A program made the position numbers and the translations under genes. From Rebecca billardiae RCC1528 (taxonomy: Eukaryota > Protista > Haptophyta): 64,000 nt of DNA. The stretch spans positions 1,488,001 to 1,552,000 of the forward strand of contig OZ251236.1 of the NCBI GenBank assembly GCA_965240325.2, in the 5' to 3' direction. Position 1 is the first letter of the stretch; each line of letters starts with the position of its first letter. This document shows, in pieces, positions 37,191-48,702 of the stretch. A model generated the notes under the pieces. The model was not told the origin of the DNA, did not search any database, and was given only the letters and a program-made list of their open reading frames with translations.

Positions 37191-37280
37191 AAACCACCGG
37201 TTCGGCTGTTTTTACTCGCCAAACCAACGGTTCGACGGATATTACTCCGAAAAACCATCGGTTCGCCGGATTTTACCCCG
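37191..37280. repeat. Three degenerate ~30-bp tandem repeats
   Basis: AAACCA(C/A/T)CGGTTCG....T.TTAC.C repeated three times. Confidence 0.75.
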
Positions 37281-37609
37281 CTTACCCGCGGTTGGGACAG
37301 TCCTTGCACATATTCGCCGCGGCAGAAATACTGAATCGACGGATGGGTGCTGTACGCGTTTGTCCTTTCCTGCTCGAGTTGCCGCTAGCGGCTAGCTATT
37401 TAGGCCCCGCGCGGCCATGAGTATTGTCATCCAATCAATCAGCCGGTCCGTCGATCGATTACATCGACGCGACTCTGAAGTGAGTGAATGCGACGGTGCG
37501 GCCGGCCACCGATCTTTCTGTAACGCTCGACGAGTCGGATCCGCACGACGGGCGTCGCCTGCAACTGATCACAGCCGCCATCCTGCCCGGGGCTCAGGAG
37601 GCGCGCGCT

Positions 37610-38570
37610 TGGTGCGTGTCCTGTGCGGTTCACCTAGCTACCTGCCCCGGCGGTTGCAACTCTCTACATCTCTCGACGGTGGCGCGCCAGTCCGCGTTGC
37701 TACGTCGACTGGATCTGCGCCACCAGGCGTTGCCTGCGCAGCTATTTACGGCCGTCCACCAGCCCTACCGAGTCCGAGGCTCGATAGGCGCGCACGCTTG
37801 CTGCATGCCGTGCCCTGCGCGGTTGTCACCTGGCTGCCTGCCCCTGCTGCTGCAAGTCTCGACGGCGGTGCGCCGATCAGTGTTGCTCGACTGGATCTGC
37901 GCACCGGGCCGTCGTCTGCAACTGTTCGCGGCCGTCCACCAGCCTCCAGTCCGAGGCCCAGTGGGAGCACGCGCTTGATGCGTGCCCTGTGCGGTTGTCA
38001 CCTGGCTGCCTGCCCCTGCTGCTGCAAGTCTCGACGGCGGTGCGCCGATCAGTGTTGCTCGACTGGATCTGCGCACCGGGCCGTCGTCTGCAACTGTTCG
38101 CGGCCGTCCACCAGCCTCCAGTCCGAGGCCCAGTGGGAGCACGCGCTTGATGCGTGCCCTGTGCGGTTGTCACCTGGCTGCCTGCCCCTGCTGCTGCAAG
38201 TCTCGACGGCGGCGCGCCGATCAGTGTTGCTCGACTGGATCTGCGCACCGGGCCGTCGTCTGCAACTGTTCGCGGCCGTCCACCAGCCTCCAGTCCGAGG
38301 CCCAGTGGGAGCACGCGCTTGATGCGTGCCCTGTGCGGTTGTCACCTGGCTGCCTGCCCCTGCTGCTGCAAGTCTCGACGGCGGCGCGCCGATCAGTGTT
38401 GCTCGACTGGATCTGCGCACCCGGGGCGGTCGCCTGCAGCTGTTCCGGCGGCACCGGGCACGGCCGTCCGCCAATGGTCCTACTACAATCAGAGCGGTTC
38501 AGCGACTCACTGTAGTGACAGCCCGGGCGCGCGCTTGGTGCGTGCCCTGCGCAGTTGTCAGTTGTCATCG
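37610..38570. repeat. 172-bp tandem repeat array
   Basis: Near-identical units start at 37809, 37981, 38153 and 38325 (partial). Degenerate units on both flanks. Confidence 0.92.
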
Positions 38571-39162
38571 CACCGCACGGGCAGGCTGCCACCGGCCCCG
38601 CCCGGCAGCGTCAGCAGCACCGTAGCGGGACCGTGGCACCGCAGCTCGGCCTCATCGGACGACCAGCGGTGAGTGTCAGTGACGGCTGCTACCAGCTAAC
38701 CGATCACTGTGATGAGTTATTATTATATATATATCATTGTCTGAATTGAATTAAGTCTTCGCTGGCACGTCACACGTGTCGCATGCAGGCACGGTCGTCG
38801 TCTGCAGCGAGACAGCGTCAGCGAGTCTGTCACAACGCAGACCGGTCGTTGAACCGTGAACGCTGTCCGCACCGCGTCCGCGCCATCTGCCCCCCCCCAT
38901 CAACTACGCTGAATAACGACGAGGTCGAGGTAGTCGTGAACTGCTGCCGGCGTGCAGCGGCGGCTGCAACTCACTCTCTAGTGCTTATGCATCATGCATG
39001 CATGAATCCCGGACTCAGCAGACCGCTGAGTTAGAGTAGAGACTGACTGTGAGACTAGTGAGTGACCGGTCGGCTCGGTAGTCACGCCCGCCCCGTGACC
39101 AACATTGCAGCATCGACCGGCGCGCAGAGCTCTTCGGCGGGCTACGCTTACGACTTCCTGGG

Positions 39163-41238
39163 CTACGACCACACCTCGGTCTGGTACCGGCCCGCCGCCT
39201 CGAGGGCGCGCACCTCCGCCTCGGCCGCGCGCAGGGCGCCCTCCGGCCCCTCCGCCCCGTCCGGCGCGCCGCCGGCCGCGGCGAGCGCGAGGACGAGTGC
39301 CTCGCGCACCTCGGCGGGCATGCTACCCGCCGCGCCCGCGACGTACACGCTGCCGCCCGAGCGCACGATCTCGGCCGCGAGCGCCGCGTGCGCGGGCTCC
39401 CTCAGCCGGTGCTGCACGTACGACTTGGGCGCGCCGCGCGGCCCGTCGCGCGAGAAGGCGGGCGGCACGGGCGCGAGCACGCCCGCGGCGCACGCCGCCG
39501 CCCACTCGGCCTCCCACAGGTGGTCGAGCGCGGCGGAGCGGCAGCCGAAGAAGAGCGCGGAGCGCGGCGCGCGCGCCGGCTGCGCGCGCGCCAGCTGCAC
39601 CCTCCGCTGCACGAACGCGCGCAGAGGCGCCACGCCAGTGCCCGGCCCGAGCAGCAGCAGCGGCGCGCGCTCGTCCGCGGGCATGCGCAGCGCGCCGCGG
39701 CGCACGCGCACGAGCAGCCGCGGCAGCGACGGGAGCGACGGCAGCGCGGGCGGCTTGGGCGGCTCGGGCGGCGCCTGGCGCGCGAGGAAGGCCGAGCAGA
39801 GCCCCGTGCGCGCGGCGGCCATGCTGGTCCTGTAGGCGACGCGCGCCACGCACAGCTCGGCCAGCTGGCATGGCACCGGCCGGCCGCCGGCGTGCGCGGC
39901 CCACGCCGCACGCGCGGCGTCCGCGCCGCCGGGCTCGCGCACGAGCGGGTGCGCGCACACGCTGTACGCGCGCGGCAGCAGCGGCGGCAGCGCGTCCAGC
40001 AGCGCGCCCAGCGGCAGCGCCACCGCGCCAAACTCCTCGAGACATTCGAGCACGGTGCGGCGCGGCCGGCTGGCGTACGCGCGCAGCAGCGCCTGCCCGG
40101 ATGGCGCGCCGAACTCGGCGAGGCGCGCGCGCTGCGAGGGCGCGCCGTCGGGCGTCGGCTCGGGCTCGACCGCGTACCGCGCCCAGTGCGCGAACGTCGC
40201 GCGGCGCGGCACGGCGGAGAGGTCCACCCAGCGCGCCAGCAGCTCGCGCAGCTGCACGGGGCGCGCGGGCAGCGGCCGAGCGGCCGCGTGCGCCGCGCCC
40301 GGCCGCGCCTCGCGCGCGAGCACGGCGGCCGCGCCGTCGAAGGCGAGGGCGCCCTCGGCGCCGGGCGGCGCGCTCGCCTGGAGCCGGCGCAGCGCGCGCT
40401 CCACGTCCGCCTCCGCGTTCACCGGCCACACCTCGAGCGCGTCGCCCGCCTCGTACAGCGTGGCGGCCGTCGGCGGGAGCGGCGGCGCGGCGGCCGTGGG
40501 CGCGGCGGGCGCGGCGCTGGGCGCGCCGAGTGGCAGGAGCAGCGTGAGGTGGCGCACGTCGCGCGTGGCCGGGTCGGTCGTGAGCGCCGCGTTCTCCAGC
40601 ACGTACGCCGCGCGCGCGCCGCCCTCCGCCCCGTCGCCCTCGTCGGCCGCGCCGGCCGGCAGCGGGCGCGCGTCCGCGGGCGCAGGCTGGACCAGCAGCC
40701 GCGCGGGCGGCGGCACGTCGTCGGGCAGCGGGGCGAGGCCGGGAGGCAGGGGCATCAGCTCGTCGAGCGCCGCCCACACGCCGGTCAGCCACGGCTGCAG
40801 CGCCTGCTCCACGCCGAGCTCGTCCTGCTCGTCGCCGTACGCGGGCTCGGCGAGCGCGCGCGCGCCGAGCTGCCGCAGCCGCGCGCTCAGCCGGCGCGCG
40901 GCGTAGTTGAACTTGGGGTAGGACGAGTCGCCGAGGCCGAAGACGGCGCACGAGACGCCCGCGAGGGCCGTGGCGGGCAGCCCCTTGCGCAGCAGGAAGC
41001 GCCAGAACGCGCGCATGTTGTCTGGCGGCTCGCCCTGGCCGGTCGTGCTGCACACGAACAGCACCGCGCGCGCATTGGGGAGCGTGCCGACGTCGAAGGC
41101 GTCCATCGGGAGGCAGCGCGGCGCGAAGCGGCGGCGGATCGCGTCGAGCTCGAGCTGCTCCGCCACCTCCTGCGCGCAGCCCGTCTGCGAGCCGTACAGC
41201 ACGATGAGCTCGCCGCGCGCGGGGGCATCGGCCGCCAT
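39163..41238 (-). CDS. NDOR1: NADPH-dependent diflavin oxidoreductase 1 (Tah18/ATR3)
   Basis: LYGSQTGCAQEVA, STTGQGEPPDNM..FWRFLLRK, FGLGDSSYPKFN, PRAYS, GPGTGVAP, FFGCR and C-terminal YQTEVWS. Confidence 0.92.
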   Translation of the reverse strand: MAADAPARGELIVLYGSQTGCAQEVAEQLELDAIRRRFAPRCLPMDAFDVGTLPNARAVLFVCSTTGQGEPPDNMRAFWRFLLRKGLPATALAGVSCAVFGLGDSSYPKFNYAARRLSARLRQLGARALAEPAYGDEQDELGVEQALQPWLTGVWAALDELMPLPPGLAPLPDDVPPPARLLVQPAPADARPLPAGAADEGDGAEGGARAAYVLENAALTTDPATRDVRHLTLLLPLGAPSAAPAAPTAAAPPLPPTAATLYEAGDALEVWPVNAEADVERALRRLQASAPPGAEGALAFDGAAAVLAREARPGAAHAAARPLPARPVQLRELLARWVDLSAVPRRATFAHWARYAVEPEPTPDGAPSQRARLAEFGAPSGQALLRAYASRPRRTVLECLEEFGAVALPLGALLDALPPLLPRAYSVCAHPLVREPGGADAARAAWAAHAGGRPVPCQLAELCVARVAYRTSMAAARTGLCSAFLARQAPPEPPKPPALPSLPSLPRLLVRVRRGALRMPADERAPLLLLGPGTGVAPLRAFVQRRVQLARAQPARAPRSALFFGCRSAALDHLWEAEWAAACAAGVLAPVPPAFSRDGPRGAPKSYVQHRLREPAHAALAAEIVRSGGSVYVAGAAGSMPAEVREALVLALAAAGGAPDGAEGPEGALRAAEAEVRALEAAGRYQTEVWS

Positions 41239-41432
41239 CGTGTCCGCGGGGGGCGAGTGGAGCGCGGGTGAGTCGTGATTCACAAGGCTACGATGACGAA
41301 TCTTCGAACCGGACCAGCCGGAGCCTCAGGCGGAGGGGCCGACGGTTTTCAGAATGGCTGGCAGCGCGCTCCGGCGCTGCTAGAACCGCCCTCGCCTGGC
41401 CCTCGCGCGAGCACGCGCACGCGCGTGGCGCG

Positions 41433-44201
41433 ATGCGGCTGCGCGGCGAGGTGTTCGTCTGGCTGCAGGACCTCGGCATCCTCGAGCCCACCGACGCGCG
41501 CGAGCTGACCAAGCGCTCCGCCCTGCTGAGCGCGGAGGTGTCGTCGCTGTTTGAGAACGGCGTGCTGCTGCACGACACGCTCGACGCGCTCGGGCTGGCG
41601 AGCGACGAGCCGATCGGGCTGCGCGACGCGGAGACGCCCGTGGCGAAGCTGCACAACTGGAACGCGCTCATGCCGCTCCTCGCCGCCGCGGCCGTCCCCG
41701 TCGACACGGACACCAAGGTGCGCGCGCGGCGCGCGCGCGCGGCGCCTCGGCCGCGGCGCGGCTCGCCCACCGGCGCACGCGCCCCTCTCGCCGCGGCGCC
41801 GCGCGGCTCGCCCGGCCGCCCCCCGATCGCGCAGGCCCTCCTCGTCGCGGGCGACCAGGACGCCGTCTCCGAGCTGCTGCACCGGCTGTACGGCGCGCAC
41901 GCGCACCCACCGCCCACGCACGGCGCCGGCCGCAGCCACGGCCGCGAGGGCGACGCGACGCGAGCGCCGCGCGACGGCGCGCGCGGCGCGGCGGGCGGCA
42001 CGCGCGCGGCGGACGACGCGCTCTTCGCGCAGCACCCGCCGCACCCGTCCGCCGCCGAGCCGTCCGCGCGCGCGTCCGCGGCCGCGCGCGCCGCATCCGC
42101 GGCCGCGGCCGCGAGCGCTTCGAGCGCGGCGGAGCTGCTCGCGGCGGGTCTGGAGGTGGCGTGCGAGCTGGAGCGTGCGCACGCGCTCGCGCTCGCCTCC
42201 GCCTCGCCGCCCACGCAGCTCGCGCGCCTCCTCGCCCACGGCGTGCGCGGCCGGTACGAGCCGGCGGTGTGCTGGGCCAAGTGGGTGTTTGCTCACGCGC
42301 CGCAGATTGCGGAGCTGGCGCTCGAGGCGGAGGCGGAGGCGGAGGCGGAGGGCGGCGGCGAGGACGCGGAGGGGGGCGTGGCGCACGCGTGCGCCGCCGT
42401 CGGCGCCGCGCTCCTCTCGCACAACGCCGACGTCGTCTCGTGGGGCGCGCGCGCACTCTACAGGCTCGGCGCGGAGGCGCGCGCGCGCGGCGGCGCGCGG
42501 CCGCTGTGGCGCTACGCGGCCGGCGCGGCGCGCGGCGCGACGCCGTCGGGCGCGGCGGCGGTGGTCGCGGCGTGGCGGCGGCACCCCGACGTCCACGCCG
42601 CGGGCGGGCTGCTCCCGCTCCTCCCGCTCCTCGCCGGCGAGCGGCTCGGCCAGCTGCTGGCCGAAGGCGGCGCGCTCAGCGCGCACGCGCACGCGCACGC
42701 GCGCGCGCAGCCGCCGCGGCACGCTGCCGACGGCGGCGGCGGCGGCGGGCGGGCGGTGCGCTCCGTGCTGGAGCAGCTCGAGCTGTGCCTGGACGTGGTG
42801 CACGCGCTCTCGCTCGCGAGCGCCGAGCCGCCCAAGCCGCGCGCGGACGCGTCCGCCGCGCCGCGCGACGCGGCGGCGCGCGCGGACGGCGGCGGCGCGG
42901 CGGGCGGGCTTGCCGGGCTCTCGGAGCGGGCGGTGCGCTCGGCGGTGCGCGCGATGCTGCTCCTCGCGCTCGCGCACGCGCGCCCCACCGAGCGCGCCGC
43001 CGAGCCCTCCGCCGCCGCCGCCTCCGAGGCGTGCGCCGCCGTCGAGCTGCTCGGCTCCCTCTGGCGGTGGGCGGCGCCCTGGCTGCGCCAGCTGAGGCCG
43101 AGCGCGCCGCAGCAGCCGGCGGGCGGCGAGGGCGAGGGCGGCGCGGAGGGCGAGGGCGAGGGCGGCGCGCCCGCCGCGCCGACGGACGGCGTGAGCGCCG
43201 CGCTGGGCGCGCTGCGCGCCTGCTGCCGCGACGCCGCCCCCGGCGGGCGCATCTCTCTGTGCGCGCACGTGGCACTGCACGGGCTGCTCGAGCACTGCGG
43301 GCAGGAGGGGGGCGCGGGAGAGGGGGGCGGCGCGGCGGAGGCGGAGGCGGGCGGCCCGGCGCGGCTGCTCTTCAAGACGCTCGGCTTCTCGCTGATCGAG
43401 CACCACGCCTCCGCGCAGCTGCGCCCCGCGCTGCTGCGGCTGATGGCGTGCTCGGTGCGCCGCTGCCCGGCCCTGCCGGTCGGTCTGCTGCTCAAGCCGT
43501 ACTTGCGGCAGGGGGCGCTGTTCGGGTACGGCGCGGCGGACCTGCAGTTCCTGCTCGTGCTCGCGGCGCACCCCGCGCTCGGCGCGCGCCACGCGCTGCT
43601 CCTGCTCCACTTCTGCGCGAACGCCGCGCTGGGCGACGCGCTCCACGGCAGGCTCGCGACGCTGCCGCTGCTGCTGACCGCGCATCGGTTCGCCGCCGAC
43701 GCGGCGGTGTCGGACTCGGTGCTGGCGCTGGCGCACTCGGCGCTGAGCGGGCTGCTGCCCCCGCCGCACGGCTCCGCGCCGAGCGGCGGCGGCGGCACCT
43801 CCATCCGCGCCGTCCTCGCCATCGAGCTCGTCGCCAAACTGCTTCAGCTGCCGCAGCCCCACCTGTGCGCCGCGCTCGCGCCGATCGCGTCGCGCGCGGC
43901 CGCGGTGCACGAGGCGGCGGTGGGCCGGCCGCACGCGGGGCTCGGCGCGCTCGCGCAGATGGCGAGCGCGCGCCTCGCCGCCGAGGGCGCCGCCGCGCCC
44001 CACGCGCGGCCGGCGGGCGCGCCCGACGAGCCGGCCGCGCTCGCGCCGCCGGCCGCGCGCGGCGCGCGCGCGCAGGCGGCGCGCGCGGCCGGGCCCTCCA
44101 TCGAAGCGCTGCTCGATGCGCAGCTGCAGCTGAGCGGCGGCGGCGCGGAGGCGGTGGGCGGCGCGGCGGGGGCGGGTGCGCCGCCGCCGCCGCCGCCGCG
44201 C

Positions 44202-44232
<31 letters not shown>

Positions 44233-47212
44233 TCAGCCTCGCCGTGCCTCCGCACCCGCTGAGTGCGCTCGCGCCCGCCCCGCGCGCCGCGTGGGCGGCC
44301 GGCTCGGCGGCCGGCTCGGCGGCCGGCTCGGCGGCCGGCTCGGAGGGCGCGCCCAGCCCGCTGTCGGCGGCGCACCTGAGCCCGCCGATCGGCGGCGGCG
44401 GCGGCGGGGTGTACGGCGGCAGCGGGCCGCCCAGCCCGGCGCGCAGCGCGCGGCACGGCACGCCGGCGCACGAGCGCCCCGTGCCGCCCACCAGCCCGCT
44501 GGCGTCCACGCCAGGCCGGGCGGCCGTGCGGCGCGCCGTGCCCGCGGCCGAGCTGCGCTCGCTCGCCGAGGAGGAGGCGGCGGCGCGCGCGAGGGAGGCG
44601 GCGATCGGCGATCGGCTGACCGAGCTCGAGGCCATCCTGCACGGCGGCCACGGCGGGGGCGTCACCGCCGCGGGCGCGGCGGGCGCGGCGGAGGCGGCGG
44701 CGCGCGGCGTGCCCGCCGGGCGGGCGCGGCAGCAGGCTGCAATCGAGCGAGCGCGCGTCGCGCGCCTTGCAAAGCAGGAGAAGGTGGCGCTCGAGGCGGA
44801 GCGGCGCTCGCTCCGCTCGCAGCGCATCCGGCGGCGGCTGCGCCTCAAGTACGAGCGGGGCCACGTCGTGCCGCCCCATGCCGCCGCCGCCGCGCCCGAG
44901 CGCGGCGGCGCCGAGCACGGCTGGGGCGGCGCGGCCGAGCCCGCCGCCTGCTCGCCGCTCCGCGCGCAGCCGGGCGGCGCGCGGCCGGCGGGCGGCGGTG
45001 GGTACAGCGCCGCGTCGTACCCGCCGGCGCAGCCGCACAGGCGCAGCGCGGCCGCGCCCGCGCTGCCGCCGCTGCAGCCGCCGCACGCGCGGCCGAGCCA
45101 CGTGAGCGCGCCGCCACAGCCGCCGCCACCACAGCCGCCGCAGCCGCCGCAGCCGCAGCCGCCGCAGCCGCAGCCGCAGCGCGCGCGCGCGCCCGCGCCG
45201 CGCGCGCGACGCGCCGCCGCGCCGCCGCCGCCGCCGGCGGAGGTGGAGGTTGAAGCGGAGGCGGAGGCCGAGGCCGACACATCCGGGCGCGCCGCCTCGG
45301 TCGACGTTCTCGCGTCGCGCGGCGTGAACGGCGACGGCGCCGAGCGCGCGCGGCAGCGGCGGCTGCGGGGCGAGGCGGCGCAGCGCGCGGCGCGCAACGC
45401 GCGCTCGCGCAGGGGGCACTCCGCATCGCCGCCGCCCGCGCCGCCGCCCGCCGCGCCCGCGCCCGCGCCCAAGCCGCCGCCCAAGCGGCGCGTGCCCAGC
45501 CGGCCGAGGCAGCCGCCGCCCGCCGACGCGGCCGGCGCGCTGCAGCAGTCGCAGGTGTGCGCAGCGAGCGCGCGCGCCGACTTGCGCGCCACCCCGCTCC
45601 GCGCACGCCGGCTGCGCGCCACCCGCTCAGCCGCAGCGCGCACCGCTGCGCCCCTGCTGCCGCGTGCGTGCGTGCGTGCGCCGCGCCGCAGGACGGGGCG
45701 GCGCCAGCCGCCGCTGCGCCGCGCGCGCCGCGCGCCGCCAAGGCCGCGCCGCCGCCGGCCAACCGCGCGCCACCCGCGCGCGCCGCGCGTGCCGCCAAGA
45801 CCGCCGCCGCTGCCGACGCGCCGACTGCTGCCGGGTGCGCGGCGCCGCGCGCCCACCCGTGCGGCCGCATCGCGCGCCGCCGTCCGCGCGCGCTCACGCG
45901 CGCCGCCCCGCCCACCCGCCGCGGCGCACGCGACCACAGGGCGGCAGCGGCAGCGGCAGTGGCAGCGGCAGCGCAGGGCGGGGCGGGCGGCGCGCCCAGG
46001 CGCGCTCGCTCCAAGCCGCGCGCGGGCGGCGGCGCGCCCAAGGCCGCCAGCGCCGCGGCCGGTGGCGCCCAGAGCGCGACAGCGCCGGCCGCGGACGCGG
46101 CAGCGCCGGCGGCGGACGCGGCCGACGCACGCGCGGCCGGCGCCGCGGCGGCAGCAGCTGCAGAGGCCGCGCCCGACGCAGTGCAGCCCGCAGCGGCCGC
46201 GGCGGGCGGCGAGGGCGCGGGAGGGGGCGCGGGCGGCGCGGCAGACGGCGGCGCGGAGGGCGGCGGGGGCGCGGAGGGCGCGGACGGCGCGGCACAGCTC
46301 CCCTCGGAGGCAGATGCGGCGGCCGCCCCCGTGGACGCACTCGCCGCCGCGCCTGACGGTGCAATGGGCTCCGGCCAGGAAGCCGGCACCACGCCGCACG
46401 GCGGCGCGCACGCTGCCGCGGAGGGAGCCAGCGGAGGCGGCGAGGGCGAGGGCGCGCCCGCGGCGCCGGCTGAGCTGGGCGCGCCGGCCGACGCCGATGC
46501 CGAGGGCGCTGGCCCCAGCGGCGATGACGCCGACGAGGCGGCGGCCGTGCTGGCGGGCGCGGGCACAGCTGGGGCGCCGGCCGCTGCTGCGCCGACCGCG
46601 GAGCACGCAGCCGCCGAGCCCGCCGCATCGGCGGCGGCGGACAGCGCGGCGGCCCAGCCCGGGGAGGCCTGGGCTGAGGAGTCGGAGGAGGCGGCTGGCG
46701 CAGCACCCCTCGCGCCTGCTGCCGACGAGGCGGCGGACGAGGCGGCGCCTGCGGCAGCGGCGAGCGCGCAGCAGCAGCAGGGCGGTGGCTCGGGAGAGGG
46801 CAGCACGCCACCGGAGCCGCCCGCCCCATCGGCCGCCGAGCTCGCGGCCGATGACGGTGGCGGGGGCGGTGAGGGCGTCGCCGAGTCTCAGGCCGAGCCA
46901 ACGGCCGCGCCCGCTGCTGCATCTCGCGTGGTTGACGCCGCCGCAGCGCCGGCCGCCGCCGCTGGCGAGGTCGCCGCCGATGCGGCCGCAGAGGCCGAGG
47001 CCGCCGGGGCGCCGGCTGTGGGCGGCAGCAGCGCCGCCGGCGACGTTACAGTCGAGGCTCCGGCTGTCGCAGCGCCAGCGGCTGCCGGCGGCGCCGCAGC
47101 GTCCGGCGGCGCGGCCGCGGCGGGTGAGATAGAGGCCAGCGAAAGCGGTGAAGGCGGAACGGCCGACAACGCAGGGTCCGCAGCTGCAGCGCCGGCGGCG
47201 GGGGCGCCATGA
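41433..47212 (+). CDS. Large protein with N-terminal CH-like domain, helical-repeat middle, coiled coil and Ala/Glu-rich tail; 3 exons
   Basis: VFVWL...FENGVLL...AKLHNWNAL...DTK|ALLVAGD resembles SPEF1-type CH domains. Predicted GT-AG introns 41718-41834 and 45555-45691; the second joins the ORF ending at 47212. Confidence 0.65.
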
Positions 47213-47546
47213 TCGAGTGTGACCTGCATGCTGCCGAGCCCGTCAGCTGCGCCGCGAACGCGGCGAACGAGTAAGTTGCGTGCACAGCATAGCTAACTAC
47301 GTAGTCAGTGCTGATGAGCTTGGAAAGCGATTGGCCGATTGCCAATGCCAAGATTGAAGATGGCCACAGAATGATGGTGGTCTTGGCTCCAGCAAGGCTC
47401 CAGCGTGAACCGTCACCTCGGTCGGCAACCTGCCTCGGCAAATACCTCTCGGCAAATACCTTTCCGCCTCGCGATTCATCCGCCCACCTTCTTCCGGTCA
47501 GCAACGGGCGCGCCCTGCCGTCGTCGGTGACGGTCGGGCCGGCATC

Positions 47547-48440
47547 ATGCTACGCGCCGTATTGGCGTCCGCCCTGCGTGGGATCGGCGGCCTTGCGCGC
47601 TTTGTGACGAGCACGCTCGCGCCCGTGCTGCTCTGGCGCCCCGTCCTCGTCACCATTCCGTACTCGCACTACGTTGAAATCGCGCGGTGGTCGCTTGAAG
47701 CGTCGCGAGAGCCGTTCTGGGAGCTCAAGATCCCGTGCGGGCCGCACATGCTGTTCGTGCCCCCGTGGCGTTGCTTGTTCCGCGGCGGCCTGTCGAGTTC
47801 GGGGAGTGTTCCGGGCGGCAGCTCGACCGATCATGTCCCTGTCTTTCGGCGAGCGATGGGCGTGCCTGCGCTGTGCACGCGCGAGGGCACCTGCGTCTCG
47901 GAGTCGTGGCAGGTGCTCGAGCGGGCAGGCTTCGCCGTAGAGGATGCGTTCAAGAAGGTGCTCGACGACGAGCTCGGCCCCGACGTCCGGCTGCTCTTCT
48001 ACCACTACGTCTTCCAGGTCGACGGCCTGTACCGCCGCGTGCAGGCGTGCTCGTCGTGGAGCCCGGCCATGATGCTTTTCGATCTGATGGAGGCTGTGGT
48101 CGGCACGAGCGAGCTGCAGAAGGCGCTTGGCTCCAATGACATGGCGCGCGTGGACAAGGCGGAGGCTGACATGCGTGCGATGTTCGCCAAGGTGTCGCAG
48201 ACGCTCGAGGGCGCGCCCTACCTCGGAGCGGGCAGCGGCGCGCGCGAGTTTGGTGGCGCGGACCTCGCTTTCAGCGCGCTCGTCGGCCTGCTGGTGTGCG
48301 CGCCGCAGTACTCTGCTGGGGTCGTGCCAGTGCCCCGGCTGGAGGAGTGGCCGGAGCGGTTCCAGCGGCTCTCTAGGGATCTCGCATCGTGCCGCGCAGG
48401 GTGCCATGCGCTCAAGTGCTACGCTCGCCATCGTTTGTGA
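47547..48440 (+). CDS. Glutathione S-transferase family protein
   Basis: N-domain TIPYSHYVEIARWSLE, VPAL and ES. C-domain YLG...FGGADLAFSAL. Confidence 0.8.
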   Translation: MLRAVLASALRGIGGLARFVTSTLAPVLLWRPVLVTIPYSHYVEIARWSLEASREPFWELKIPCGPHMLFVPPWRCLFRGGLSSSGSVPGGSSTDHVPVFRRAMGVPALCTREGTCVSESWQVLERAGFAVEDAFKKVLDDELGPDVRLLFYHYVFQVDGLYRRVQACSSWSPAMMLFDLMEAVVGTSELQKALGSNDMARVDKAEADMRAMFAKVSQTLEGAPYLGAGSGAREFGGADLAFSALVGLLVCAPQYSAGVVPVPRLEEWPERFQRLSRDLASCRAGCHALKCYARHRL

Positions 48441-48702
48441 GTCCGAGTACTAGCAGCCGAGTACGCCGCCACCAAGCAGCATGACACAGTGCAGCGCGGG
48501 GCGGGCGCCCGCCGGGCCGCCGGGCGCCCGGGCGGGCGCGTGCGAAGCTGCGAGTGCGAGTGGTCGTCGGCTCGTCGCGTCGACCGCCGAGCAGCCGTCG
48601 CGAAGTACGTCGCGAGTCGCGAGTCGCGTCACGAGCGTATAGCGTAGCGCTTATACATACTCAACATACTGCTCACATCCGAGCACATAGACATAGTGGC
48701 TA

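Noticed and set aside
37610-38570. Possible CRISPR-like array
   Set aside because: Units repeat over their whole length with no unique spacers, there are no cas genes, and the context is eukaryotic.
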